From the NCBI GenBank assembly GCA_963663965.2, contig CAXXFK010000009.1, positions 1-58,896 on the forward strand: a DNA stretch of 58,896 nucleotides. Direction: 5' to 3'. Positions within the stretch are counted from its first letter, which is position 1. Each line of letters begins with the position of its first letter. The translations under genes were made by a program, and so were the position numbers. Of this stretch, positions 48,406 to 58,433 are shown one piece after another. Below the pieces are notes generated by a model, which was not told the DNA's origin, did no database searches, and saw only the letters and a list, made by a program, of their open reading frames with translations. Source of the stretch: Sedimentisphaerales bacterium. GTDB lineage: Bacteria; Planctomycetota; Phycisphaerae; Sedimentisphaerales; SM23-30.

Positions 48406-51400
48406 TTAGTCTGAACCGGTGAGGTAGGAGTTCATGTATAAGAGAATATCCGCCATCGTGACATTGTGATCCATGGTGAGGTCGGCGCCGCCGGAGGCGG
48501 CGTAAGTAAGGTCATGGTTAAGCCAGGAAGCGATAAAGGGTGACAGATCACTGATATCCACAAGGCCGCTGCCATTAAAATCCAGGTACTGATATTGGGG
48601 CCAGTCGAAATAGACATTATCCAGCCAGACATGATACTGGGGCACTTCGGTCAGCCAGATAGCCATTTCGAGACATTCGATCCGGGACAAGTCGGGAGAA
48701 CCGTGGGAGACACGTGACCAGCCTGCGCCAGTTATCGAGCCGGGCGCCGACGCGTCCAGCGGGATATCGAAGTCGATCCAGTGGCCAATCGTCTGGTTGA
48801 AGGCATTTTCAAAACCGTGTCCGGCGATATAATATTGATATTGGTAATAATTGCCATCAGGATCCTGAAGCCGGATGATCGGGCAGCTGTTTACAAATGA
48901 TGATCCTGCCGTATCCGAATAAACGCTGAAATGCAACCGGGAGGCACTGGAGAGGTTCCAGTTGGCGTTGAACTCGGCGGGGTAACGCAGGTTCATACCG
49001 GTTGGAGCGGATTCATTGGCCGCGGAAATTTTTATCGAGGTATTGCCGGATAATTTATGCTCGAAATCATCCTGGATACTGATCCAGTCTAATTCGGGAT
49101 GCAAACGCCATTGATGCCACTGGCCGGCGTTGGCTTCGGCGAGGTCCATGGGCATGGTGTTCATTGTGGTATCGCTCAGGGCGACTTTCCGTTCGAAAAT
49201 TGCCAGGTCGGTCTGACCTTCCCAATAAGCGATGTTGGCTTCAGTGACATCCAGCCAGCAATAATCCACACCCCCATTATAGATGATCTGGAACAATAGA
49301 ACCGTGTTTTGGCCGACGACATGGATATATCCAAAGGGGTTGTCGTGTAGATGGTCACCGGTGGGGATTTCGGGAACAATGGCCGGGTCGATGGGAACGT
49401 TGGGCAGTTGCCAGATCCCCTTGTTATTGGTGATGCCCTGGGCTTTGACCAGAGGTTTTATCTGATAGGAGCCATCCGGCCAGTACAGATACTGGAACAT
49501 ATTTACGGTTGCGCCGGAGATGGGCTGGTTTTGATGGTCGATAATCCGTAATTGAATGGTTTGGGGCAGGCAATACATAAACTGGCCGTAATAGCCATGG
49601 GGCTGTTTGAGCCAGTGGTTCATCGCCAACGCGTGGTAGCGACTGAATTGGTTGCCGGCGGCCGTGGACATGATGCCGCTGACAGGTTGATATTGCCAAT
49701 GATTGACGGCGTTATTGTCGGCGGCAAAGGACAATTGATAGAGGTCGATCATACCGAGTTGATGCGCCATTTCGTGGATGAGGGCATAGCTGATATCCTT
49801 GTCGGGATCATAGTAGCCGCGGTGTAAATCTTCCATGTCGGCGGTTTCGTAGTGCAGGGGGAAGATCGCGAAATTAATCTGGGCGGGTTCGGCCGGGATG
49901 GGGGATCCATCTGGAAGGATTTCCAATACATCATAATGAACCCGTTTCTGGCAGCCGGCAGCGGCCAGCATTTCGTTCATATGTTTCATGTGACGGTTAA
50001 GCCAATCGACCAGATCGGCCGTCTGGGCGCCTGGCCACTGTGGTGACCATTGATCACGGAAACGATCGTAATAGGACTGGTCAATGTAGGTCATATAGCC
50101 AACAGACAATGTGTTACTGAGGATGCAGTTATTTTCGGCGATCTCATCGGCATAGTCGATAGTAAAACTGATATCATGGGATTCGTTATCCCAGGTGAGT
50201 TGCAGTGGAAACTGGGCAATGTCGCCGGGAGCAAGCGTGACGGATTGGACAGGTTGAGAGTGAATGGTGTTATCCAGACGCCAGGTTCCCTGTAGCAGCT
50301 CGTTAAAAATGGTGGTGCCGCGGTTGCGAATTCTGGCAGTATAGGTCATGGTTTCACCGAGTTCGGGCCAATGTCGGGTGGTTTCATCCTGATCCTGGAG
50401 AGCCGTCGCCCGAGAGCAGATATATGCCAGACCACCGGGTTCGGCAACAACTCCTTCGGTATAAACGGGATGATAACGGGCGTAGTAAGGCGTGCGAGTG
50501 ATCGTCAGCATTTGCAGGTCATCTTCATGACGGGGCGCGATCGGGCCAATACACGAATTGACCTGCTTCCCTTCGGTTCCGTCGATTGCAACGGTTGTGA
50601 TGGCGTAATAATAGATTTCACTATATTCAACTGAGTTATCTGTGAATTGGGCGGAATCGACCGGACTGATGGTGGCGATGGGAGTTTTACCGTAGACATA
50701 TTCAAAGGGATTGTCGGCGCGGTAAATGGCGTAATGACCGAACAGACGGTAAGGATCACTGATTGGCTCCCAGGTGAGTTCTACCGATTGGTCGATGATG
50801 GCTGCCTGAAGTCCCTGAGGATTCTCGAGTGATGGAATATCCTGATCGGTACTGGCCAGTTGGATGGAGAGATTATCCCAATAGACATCATCGTCAGTTT
50901 CGGTATTAAAAGAATCGAATGGGACGATTGTGGCAATGATTGTTTCCAGTTGCTGACCGCGTAGCCACTGATCTTCATAAAATGTCCGGACCGGCTGCCA
51001 GGCGCTGATATCCTGAGTCTGGCCATCAACCGTAATTGTTTTAAAACAATCATTATGGTGATCCAGAATAATGGAAATGGAATGCCAGGTGTCCCAGGCG
51101 AGATGCTGTCCGATGGACAGTGGAATGGGTTCATTGTTATCTAACCCATTAAAACCGCTGATCGCTACATTTACACCGGCGTCGCTCTTTAGAGGTCCAT
51201 TGCCGGAACAGAGTGCGAAATCGAGAATAGTGTAACCAGGATGCGGCCCACCCCGCAGGGCGAAACTGGCTGAGTAATTATTTGCGGTGTCGTAGTCGCT
51301 ACTGTGAGCGTAGAAATCCAGGCTTAACTTGAGCAGTTTTTCAGTGGCGGACATGTCAATCCATTCCAGATTACGCCTGTCGATGGTTTGCTGACCGGTG

Positions 51401-53136
51401 GTTTGAGAGATGGCAGCGTGTTCGTGCAGCGCATTGGCAGTCTTGGCGATAAGGTTCTGAATTTCACCGTAACCATCGCCGTATTCTGATTCACGGTACC
51501 AGCCATCCTGTCCTTCGTTACCAGGATAATAAATGGTCTGACCGATATCCAGATTATCAAAACCGGTCAGGTAAATTGTCTGAGGAGCGGGACGTTGGGT
51601 TTTCAGCAGAATATTGTCATAATAAATATGGTCATCGGATCGATTGCCGGATTCACCCGCCGGGACCAGTTCCGCCAGTAGGGTGTTGATGTTCGTACTA
51701 CGCAGCCACTGGCCATCGTATTCGGTACGGGGGAGTAAATAGTTATCGAGTTCCTGAGACTGACCATCCACGACAATCAAGTCATACCGTTCGCTGGAAT
51801 AATCCATCAGTAACGTCACAGAATGCCATTGATCCCAGGCGAGTTGCCGGCCTACTGATAATGGAACGGGTTCATTGTTATCAAGGCCATTAAATGTTCC
51901 CAGCGAAATAAAAATACCCGTTTCATTTTTGGGCATACCGTTGCCGGCGTTGATACCCACCTTGCAGATGACGTAGCCAGGATGAGTACTATCCTGTACT
52001 GAGAGGCCGGCGATATAAGGATTGGTTTTTGATAGATCGCTACTGGAAGCATAAAAATCAAAACTGAAGGCAAGAACGCCATCAAGATCAGTCAGGTTGA
52101 CGTCAGGCAAATTGATGGCATCGATGGTCTGGGAACCGGGATTACTGGAACTATCGGTGTACTGATGAAGCGCTACGCCATCATGAGCGACGGCGCTTTG
52201 AAATTCGTCATAAGCGGGTGACACGGCGGCGATTTTATACCAGCCGTTATGGCCGGCAACCCCGGGATGCCACTGGGTCCGTTCCTGAGAAAAGTCATTG
52301 AAATCGGTTTGGTAAATCGTTACATAATCTGGCAATTGAATCTGGGTGTAAAGTGCGACATTATCCCAGTAAATATCATCATCGGTTTCAGCATCAAAGG
52401 AATCGGATGGGACGATTTCGGCAGTCATCGATTCAATTAACTGGCCGCGAAGCCATATATCGCCATCGCAATTGCGGGGTAATTGATAGTCCCCGAGCGA
52501 CTGGTTCTGATCGTCCACTGAGATGCTGACATAGCGGTCTTTCTGTTGATCCAGAACAATGATGACGGAATGCCATTGTTCCCATGCCAGGTTCTGACCA
52601 ACAGTAAGCGGAACCGCCATATTATTATCTGCCCCGTTAAAAGCGCCAATTGTGATGTTGACTCCGGATTCGCTTTTCAGGGTACCATTACCCGAATAAA
52701 GCGAAAAGCCAATGATTTCAAAACCGGGGTGTGGTCCACCGCTTATGCGGAATGATGCGCTGTAGGTATTCGCCGTGTCATAATCACTGCTTTTGGCATA
52801 AAAGTCAACACTCAGAACGAGTAATTCACTCAGAGAGGAGAGGTCATAAACCGTCAATTCGCGCTTATCGATGGTCTGCTGACCTGAAGAGTTGGAAATT
52901 GCAGTATGTTCATGAAGCGCGGCGCCGGACATGGCGATATCATTTTGGATTTCACCATAAGCATCGCCTATGGCTGCCTCACGAAACCAGTTATCCTGAT
53001 TACCCTGGCCGGGATAGTATTCAGTATGGGCCAGATCCAGAGCATCAAAATCATTCTGGTAAATAATTTCGGCGGATAAGCCGGTAAAATTAAAGGCACA
53101 GACCATGAGAAAAAAAGCGTTCAGCAACTTAGACAT
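48406..53136 (-). CDS. Large secreted protein: three tandem ~245-aa repeats + FN3-like + CARDB-like + HEXXH zinc-metallopeptidase + dockerin-like tail
   Basis: ATG at 53136 after GAAGGAG; 'HEMAHQLGMIDLY'; 'YTARIRNRGT...DEIAENN'; 'YYYAITTV'; 'DFNGSGLVDISDL...WL'. Confidence 0.75.
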   Translation of the reverse strand: MSKLLNAFFLMVCAFNFTGLSAEIIYQNDFDALDLAHTEYYPGQGNQDNWFREAAIGDAYGEIQNDIAMSGAALHEHTAISNSSGQQTIDKRELTVYDLSSLSELLVLSVDFYAKSSDYDTANTYSASFRISGGPHPGFEIIGFSLYSGNGTLKSESGVNITIGAFNGADNNMAVPLTVGQNLAWEQWHSVIIVLDQQKDRYVSISVDDQNQSLGDYQLPRNCDGDIWLRGQLIESMTAEIVPSDSFDAETDDDIYWDNVALYTQIQLPDYVTIYQTDFNDFSQERTQWHPGVAGHNGWYKIAAVSPAYDEFQSAVAHDGVALHQYTDSSSNPGSQTIDAINLPDVNLTDLDGVLAFSFDFYASSSDLSKTNPYIAGLSVQDSTHPGYVICKVGINAGNGMPKNETGIFISLGTFNGLDNNEPVPLSVGRQLAWDQWHSVTLLMDYSSERYDLIVVDGQSQELDNYLLPRTEYDGQWLRSTNINTLLAELVPAGESGNRSDDHIYYDNILLKTQRPAPQTIYLTGFDNLDIGQTIYYPGNEGQDGWYRESEYGDGYGEIQNLIAKTANALHEHAAISQTTGQQTIDRRNLEWIDMSATEKLLKLSLDFYAHSSDYDTANNYSASFALRGGPHPGYTILDFALCSGNGPLKSDAGVNVAISGFNGLDNNEPIPLSIGQHLAWDTWHSISIILDHHNDCFKTITVDGQTQDISAWQPVRTFYEDQWLRGQQLETIIATIVPFDSFNTETDDDVYWDNLSIQLASTDQDIPSLENPQGLQAAIIDQSVELTWEPISDPYRLFGHYAIYRADNPFEYVYGKTPIATISPVDSAQFTDNSVEYSEIYYYAITTVAIDGTEGKQVNSCIGPIAPRHEDDLQMLTITRTPYYARYHPVYTEGVVAEPGGLAYICSRATALQDQDETTRHWPELGETMTYTARIRNRGTTIFNELLQGTWRLDNTIHSQPVQSVTLAPGDIAQFPLQLTWDNESHDISFTIDYADEIAENNCILSNTLSVGYMTYIDQSYYDRFRDQWSPQWPGAQTADLVDWLNRHMKHMNEMLAAAGCQKRVHYDVLEILPDGSPIPAEPAQINFAIFPLHYETADMEDLHRGYYDPDKDISYALIHEMAHQLGMIDLYQLSFAADNNAVNHWQYQPVSGIMSTAAGNQFSRYHALAMNHWLKQPHGYYGQFMYCLPQTIQLRIIDHQNQPISGATVNMFQYLYWPDGSYQIKPLVKAQGITNNKGIWQLPNVPIDPAIVPEIPTGDHLHDNPFGYIHVVGQNTVLLFQIIYNGGVDYCWLDVTEANIAYWEGQTDLAIFERKVALSDTTMNTMPMDLAEANAGQWHQWRLHPELDWISIQDDFEHKLSGNTSIKISAANESAPTGMNLRYPAEFNANWNLSSASRLHFSVYSDTAGSSFVNSCPIIRLQDPDGNYYQYQYYIAGHGFENAFNQTIGHWIDFDIPLDASAPGSITGAGWSRVSHGSPDLSRIECLEMAIWLTEVPQYHVWLDNVYFDWPQYQYLDFNGSGLVDISDLSPFIASWLNHDLTYAASGGADLTMDHNVTMADILLYMNSYLTGSD
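50860..53070 (-). repeat. Three intragenic tandem repeats (~740 bp each)
   Basis: Each copy has 'IY...F', 'ALH', 'QTID', 'DFYA.SSD', 'HPG', 'FNG.DNN..PL..G..LAW..WHS', 'WLR', 'DD..Y.DN'. Confidence 0.85.
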
Positions 53137-53562
53137 TTTAATTCTCCTTCTTATATAATCATGACGTATCACAATTATGTTAATATAAATGGCCTGAAAA
53201 TACAATATATTTTATAAAGAAAACGCAAGCACCAAACGAAGTAGTAAGATATAGCTATCAATTCTGGAATATTATCCCTTGAGATATGGAGAATAAAATG
53301 TTCCGATAAGTTTTCTTCACTCGATTGAGAAATAAGAATTTTCGGGTTTACCAGCTTTTCTTAGTTTAACTTATTGATAAGACGTGAGATATGAGTCATC
53401 ATGGTTATACAGATTCGGTTGAATGAACAATTTGAAACGTTGAAAAAATATTGTGAATTGAAGTGTATGTTAATATACTATTAAAAATTATGACATGTTG
53501 AAATCATAATAAACAAGAGATGATCCAGTTGGAAACTGAAGAATTTGTAAAAGGAGACAGGC

Positions 53563-54690
53563 ATGGTCAAGGCAGTCTATGCTTTTTCCGGAGATCCAAT
53601 TACCTATGGACATATGGATATTATCAAACGGGCTTCTGAGGTGTTTGATGAAGTCATTGTTGGCATCGGAATTAATCCACAGAAGAAATACCTGTTTAGC
53701 CTGGAAGAGCGTACGGTGATGGCGCGGCGGTGTTTAGAGAAAATTTCTAATGTGGAAGTGCTTCCCTTTTCGGGTTTACTGGTTGATTATGCATATGAAA
53801 TGGGGGTATCGGTGATTGTGAAGGGGGTGCGTAATCCTGAGGATTTCAGTTATGAAAATATCCTGCATCTGGTGGGAGAAAGTCAGAAACTGGGAATCGA
53901 TACTCATATTTTATTTGCGCGGCCAGAACTGGCCCATGTCAGTTCGGGAGCGGTCAAAGAAATTCAAAGGAACCAGGGCGCGATACATGACTATGTGCCG
54001 CTGTTTGTGAAGCAGCGGTTGGAGGAGAAGATTGCCGGTCAGTATATTCTGGGTGTGACCGGAGAAATGGGAGCCGGGAAATCCTATCTCAGTACTATGC
54101 TGCAAGACTGTCAATCTAAGATACCCGTCCATAATATTGAACTGGATCATATTGGCCATCAAATACTGGGTGAGCTGACCGATCCGGTTTATATTCAAAT
54201 CCGGCAGGAGATTGCCCGTCTATTTGGAGAACATCTGCTCGATACGAAGGGATTTGTCAACCGCAAGGCATTGGGGGAGATTGTATTTGATGACCGGGTT
54301 CAACTTCAGAAATTGAACCAATTGCTTAATACCCCGATCAGTGTTCGATTGCGAAGAGAGCTGCTCGGGAAAAGGGGTATTATCCTGATCAACGCCGCAT
54401 TACTGGCGGAAGCGGATATGCTGCATATTTGTAATAACAATGTCGTTCTGATTGAAATCGCCAAAGATGCCCAGAAAAAACGACTGGAACAACGCCGGTT
54501 GTCGCCTGAGCAGATAGAAACCCGGGTTTCCTGCCAGTATGATACCCGGGAAAAGAAGGAGCGGATTGCTGAAATCATTGAGCGGGATCAATATGGCCGG
54601 ATATGGGAAGTTGATAATTCAGACAATTATTCCAGGCAGGAAGTGGCGAAGTTGTTTGAGAAGATTAAACAATATTTCGGACTGATATGA
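53563..54690 (+). CDS. coaD: Fused phosphopantetheine adenylyltransferase (CoaD) - dephospho-CoA kinase (CoaE)
   Basis: N-terminal 'DPITYGHMDII...NPQKKYLFSLEER...GLLVDYA...KGVR...VSSGAVKEI'; C-terminal P-loop 'GVTGEMGAGKS', 'VNRKALGEIVF', 'VDNS'. Confidence 0.88.
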   Translation: MVKAVYAFSGDPITYGHMDIIKRASEVFDEVIVGIGINPQKKYLFSLEERTVMARRCLEKISNVEVLPFSGLLVDYAYEMGVSVIVKGVRNPEDFSYENILHLVGESQKLGIDTHILFARPELAHVSSGAVKEIQRNQGAIHDYVPLFVKQRLEEKIAGQYILGVTGEMGAGKSYLSTMLQDCQSKIPVHNIELDHIGHQILGELTDPVYIQIRQEIARLFGEHLLDTKGFVNRKALGEIVFDDRVQLQKLNQLLNTPISVRLRRELLGKRGIILINAALLAEADMLHICNNNVVLIEIAKDAQKKRLEQRRLSPEQIETRVSCQYDTREKKERIAEIIERDQYGRIWEVDNSDNYSRQEVAKLFEKIKQYFGLI

Positions 54691-55298
54691 AGCAACGATG
54701 GCAACAATTATGGCTTGATCTTGGCGCCAACGGTAATTCGGAGGAGGTTTATCAGTTTTTATCCGACGCTTACGAAGGGGCAGGCCGTTTTTACCATACA
54801 CTTGATCATATTAACGTTTGTCTGCAAGAATTAGAATCCGTTGCCGCTCTGACGGAAAACTACAAGGCAGTCGCTTTGGCTATCTGGTTTCATGATGTGA
54901 TTTATGATGTTCGACGCAATGATAATGAAAGCCGAAGCGCTCAGGTTGCCAGGGACATATGTCCAAGAGCGGGAGTAAGTGAGGAGGTTATACAGAAGAC
55001 TGTGGAACTAATCCAGATCACCCGGCACGATCAAGCGCCAGCCGGTATCGATCAAAAGTTAATCACCGATATTGATTTATCCATACTTGGGCGATCGGAG
55101 CGGGAATATGCTGCGTATGAACAGGCGATAAGAAAAGAATATTCACATGTGTCTGAAGTGAGATATCGTTCTGGCCGCACGGAGGTTTTGCGTTCATTTC
55201 TAGCGCGACCGTCAATTTATTCGCTGGACTATTTTTATTCAAGATATCAACAGCAGGCCGTTTTGAATTTACAGAGAGCTATCAGGAATCTTTCATAA
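54687..55298 (+). CDS. Predicted metal-dependent HD-superfamily phosphohydrolase (COG4339-like)
   Basis: 'RFYHTLDHI', 'AIWFHDVIYD', 'DNESRSA', 'DIDLSILG', 'IRKEY'; ATGA overlap with coaD-coaE. Confidence 0.85.
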   Translation: MKQRWQQLWLDLGANGNSEEVYQFLSDAYEGAGRFYHTLDHINVCLQELESVAALTENYKAVALAIWFHDVIYDVRRNDNESRSAQVARDICPRAGVSEEVIQKTVELIQITRHDQAPAGIDQKLITDIDLSILGRSEREYAAYEQAIRKEYSHVSEVRYRSGRTEVLRSFLARPSIYSLDYFYSRYQQQAVLNLQRAIRNLS

Positions 55299-55315
55299 AA
55301 CAGAGGGTTAGATAC

Positions 55316-55354
55316 AAAAAAAAGTGGATTTCAGAATGAAGCTGAAATCCACTT
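55316..55354 (-). terminator. Rho-independent terminator of the MCP gene (possibly bidirectional)
   Basis: AAGTGGATTTCAG/CTGAAATCCACTT 13-bp stem with an A8 tract on the + side. Confidence 0.75.
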
Positions 55355-55376
55355 AATTAACAAAATATCATTAAGA

Positions 55377-57096
55377 TTAATAACGGAACTGTCCAACCAT
55401 ATGATTGAGTTTCTCGGCTAATTTTAATAGAGTGTCGCTTTCGGAACTGGCCTGGCTGGCATTTTCGGTGGAACTGCGCGAAACGGATTCGAGGGATTTA
55501 ACCGCGTCAGAAATTTCGCGACAATTGGTCGCGGACTGGCGAATTTCATCGGTCGCATCGTTCGATATGGAGGCTGCGGTACTGACGTTCTGAGAAATTT
55601 CACGGGTTGTAACGCTCTGTTCTTCAACCGCAGAGGCGATATTACGTGAAAATTCATTAACCTGTTCGATCACGGAGCGAATTTCATCGATCGATTGGAT
55701 GGAACGTTCGCTGGAAGTCTGGATCGCGCAGATCCGTTCGGCGACGCCCTGGGTAGCCTCAGCGGTCTGGCGGGCCAGTTCTTTGACTTCGTTGGCGACC
55801 ACGGCAAATCCTTTGCCGGCGTCGCCGGCGCGGGCCGCTTCGATGGTTGCGTTCAAGGCCAGCAGATTGGTTTGATCGGCAATGTCTTTGATCACTTCGA
55901 TCACTTTGCCGATTTCTTCCGCTGCTATACCCAACTGGCCGAGTACTTCATGGCTGGTCTGAACTTTACGTGACGCTTCATTAGCAATGGTGGCGGATCT
56001 TTCCGCGTTATTCGCTACTTCTGAGATCGTTGTCGTGGTTTCTTCGATAGCCGCGGCAACCGCGTGAATGTTTTCAGTGACCTTCTGTGTCGATTTTACC
56101 GCTTTTTCCATGTTTTCATTCATGATATAAGCGGCATTCACGCTGATCTCCGTTTGATTATTAAGTTGAGAAACCCCTTCCGACATTTTACCGGCAGTCA
56201 CTGAAAGATTTTGTGAAGAACCGTTCAATTGTTCCGCAGTACCAGAGATATCGCGGACGACTAACTGGATTTTATCGACAAAGGCATTGAACCATCTGGC
56301 CAGCGCTCCGATTTCATCCTTGCGTTTATCCGGCAGACGACGGGTCAGATCACCTTCTCCTTCAGCAATATCTTTGAGGATATTAGCGGTATTACGAATA
56401 GGAACAGAGACCATGCGATAAACGAATACACCGATAATCAGAATGGCGATCAGCATGAGAGAACTAACGATTACCGTTAAGATCGAGCGTAACCGGTAGG
56501 CATCGGCATATTTAATGTTGTGGGGTATCGAGAACGCAATTGTCCAACCCCAAGGTTCGAAGAAAGTGTAGGTCATCCATTTATTTTCGCCGTTATACGT
56601 ATAATTCTGTGTGCCGTTCTTCTTTTCCAGCATCTCTTTAATAAAATCGAGGTTACTCAGCGATTCATCGTTTTTGGATAATATTTCATGAGCAACCACC
56701 AATCCATTGGTATCAATAATAAATGGGGGCTATCATGGGTTTTACCGGAGCTTGCTGGTCTGGTTCTGATTCCGCAGTTATTTCGGCATTTTGGGTATCA
56801 GCTTGGGTATCATCAGCAACCGGAGTTTCATGATAATATTGTTTTTTGAAGCTATCAATGAACTCCTCCTGGGCGCTTTCGCGATAGGCCTCTTCCAGAC
56901 CGGATTCTTTCAATTCGTTATAGATGCGAGTAATGTCCGTCTGGATTCTCTCGATTTTACCGGCATATACTTCGGTCTGGCGACTATCGATAATTTCCAT
57001 GACATAATTATTGGATATGGTAATCATGCTGATGGCGACACCGATCAGGCAGAGCGCTATAACGAGAGAGATCTTTAGAGTTATGGATTGCTTCAT
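55377..57096 (-). CDS. Methyl-accepting chemotaxis protein (Cache-like sensor + HAMP + signalling domain); apparent frameshift at G5 56725-56729
   Basis: 'GEGDLTRRL...[11 protein letters not shown]' (HAMP), '[37 protein letters not shown]'. The corrected junction reads '[14 protein letters not shown]'. Confidence 0.92.
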
Positions 57097-57107
57097 GAGG
57101 AAACTCC

Positions 57108-57153
57108 AAAAAAAAAAGGGATATCGGCGCAGTCCAGATAAAACTGCGCCGAT
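57108..57153 (-). terminator. Terminator after the substrate-binding protein gene
   Basis: ATCGGCGCAGT/ACTGCGCCGAT stem followed on the - strand by ATCCC and T10. Confidence 0.6.
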
Positions 57154-57166
57154 TCGTGGTATTGAA

Positions 57167-58195
57167 TTATTGTTTGATAATCGTGGCGTGTTTGACCATG
57201 CTGACAGGGAATGAGATACCCATTTTATCGGCTAAAGGCAAATTCAGGTATAATTTGCCCTTTTTATTGGTCACGATTTCAATATCTTTGGGCGATTTGC
57301 CTTCCAGAATTTGTTTTGCTGCCGTAGCGGCCCAGGCGCCTTGTTCCTGAGGTATTTTTACATATCCAATTAAACTGATCGTCGTTTCGCCTTCTTGAAT
57401 ACATCCTGTAGGAATACGGGTATTTTCTAAAACGAACTTCTTAGCTTCTTCTTCATCGTATCCTTTGATGCCCGGAACGCAGAGGATCAGCATATCACAG
57501 CTGTTCTGCATTGCCAGGTATTCTTTTTTCCATGTTTCAAAATCAAGCACATGAGTGCATTGTAAGTCAAGATTGAACTTTTCAATAATGGACTTTGCAT
57601 CTTTAACACTGGTTTCATTGTCTGCCGATAAAAATCCAATACGATTACCCTTGGCATGTGTTTTGAGATTGTCAATTAGTTGGGGCACTAAAGCCACTTC
57701 GACCATACCGGTTACGTTTTTGCAGGGGAAACCGTAAATCGATGCATCCCAATTAACACCACAGAATACGAAAGGGATATCTGAGTTCTTGTAATAAGGC
57801 TCTATGATGTATTTACTGGTGTTATCATCTGACGCGATGACAACATCCGGTTTCCAAGTTTCAATTAATTCTTTGGCTTTGAGCGCAGCTTCTTTTTTGA
57901 AAGTTTCCTGGGCAGCTTTGATTTCTTCCTGAGTGGCGTTTTCTTTTACTTTTAATCCGGTAAAGAGTTTGGTGTCCAGGCGTAAAATTTTGAATTCGTA
58001 AGGACTGGCGGAGTCGTCAATTTTATCGTTTTTGTCGACTTTAACCCCTAGCGTTGTGGCAATACCCTCGGTGATTCCATCACTCCATTCGTATCCTCTG
58101 TGATAGGATTCGATAAACAGTACTTTTGGCTTTGCGGTAACCATTGTCACCAGGACCAGGGACAATAATAGGGATGTCATAATTCTGCTCTTCAT
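57167..58195 (-). CDS. Periplasmic ABC-type substrate-binding-like protein
   Basis: Signal peptide; 'LFIESYHRGYEWSDGI', 'PDVVIASDDN', 'PFVFCGVN', 'NVTGMVE', 'EQGAWAA...ILEGKSPKDI...LYLN...KMGI'. Confidence 0.8.
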   Translation of the reverse strand: MKSRIMTSLLLSLVLVTMVTAKPKVLFIESYHRGYEWSDGITEGIATTLGVKVDKNDKIDDSASPYEFKILRLDTKLFTGLKVKENATQEEIKAAQETFKKEAALKAKELIETWKPDVVIASDDNTSKYIIEPYYKNSDIPFVFCGVNWDASIYGFPCKNVTGMVEVALVPQLIDNLKTHAKGNRIGFLSADNETSVKDAKSIIEKFNLDLQCTHVLDFETWKKEYLAMQNSCDMLILCVPGIKGYDEEEAKKFVLENTRIPTGCIQEGETTISLIGYVKIPQEQGAWAATAAKQILEGKSPKDIEIVTNKKGKLYLNLPLADKMGISFPVSMVKHATIIKQ

Positions 58196-58433
58196 GGGAA
58201 CCTCCAAAAAAGCGGTTTTTGCCTTCCTACTCTGGAAAGGCCAAGTCATATTTGTCTCTCAGGGCTATACACTATGTCCCTGGAAATCATATCTAAAGCA
58301 TCGACCGGGTAAATTTAGTTCTTAACATATTTAAAAACTCTCTATAATATAACTGGATATTATAGCAAAAAGTATTTAACCTCTTTTATGATCCCAGATT
58401 AGAGCGTCCGATATCCTATTGAGACATCCCGTT

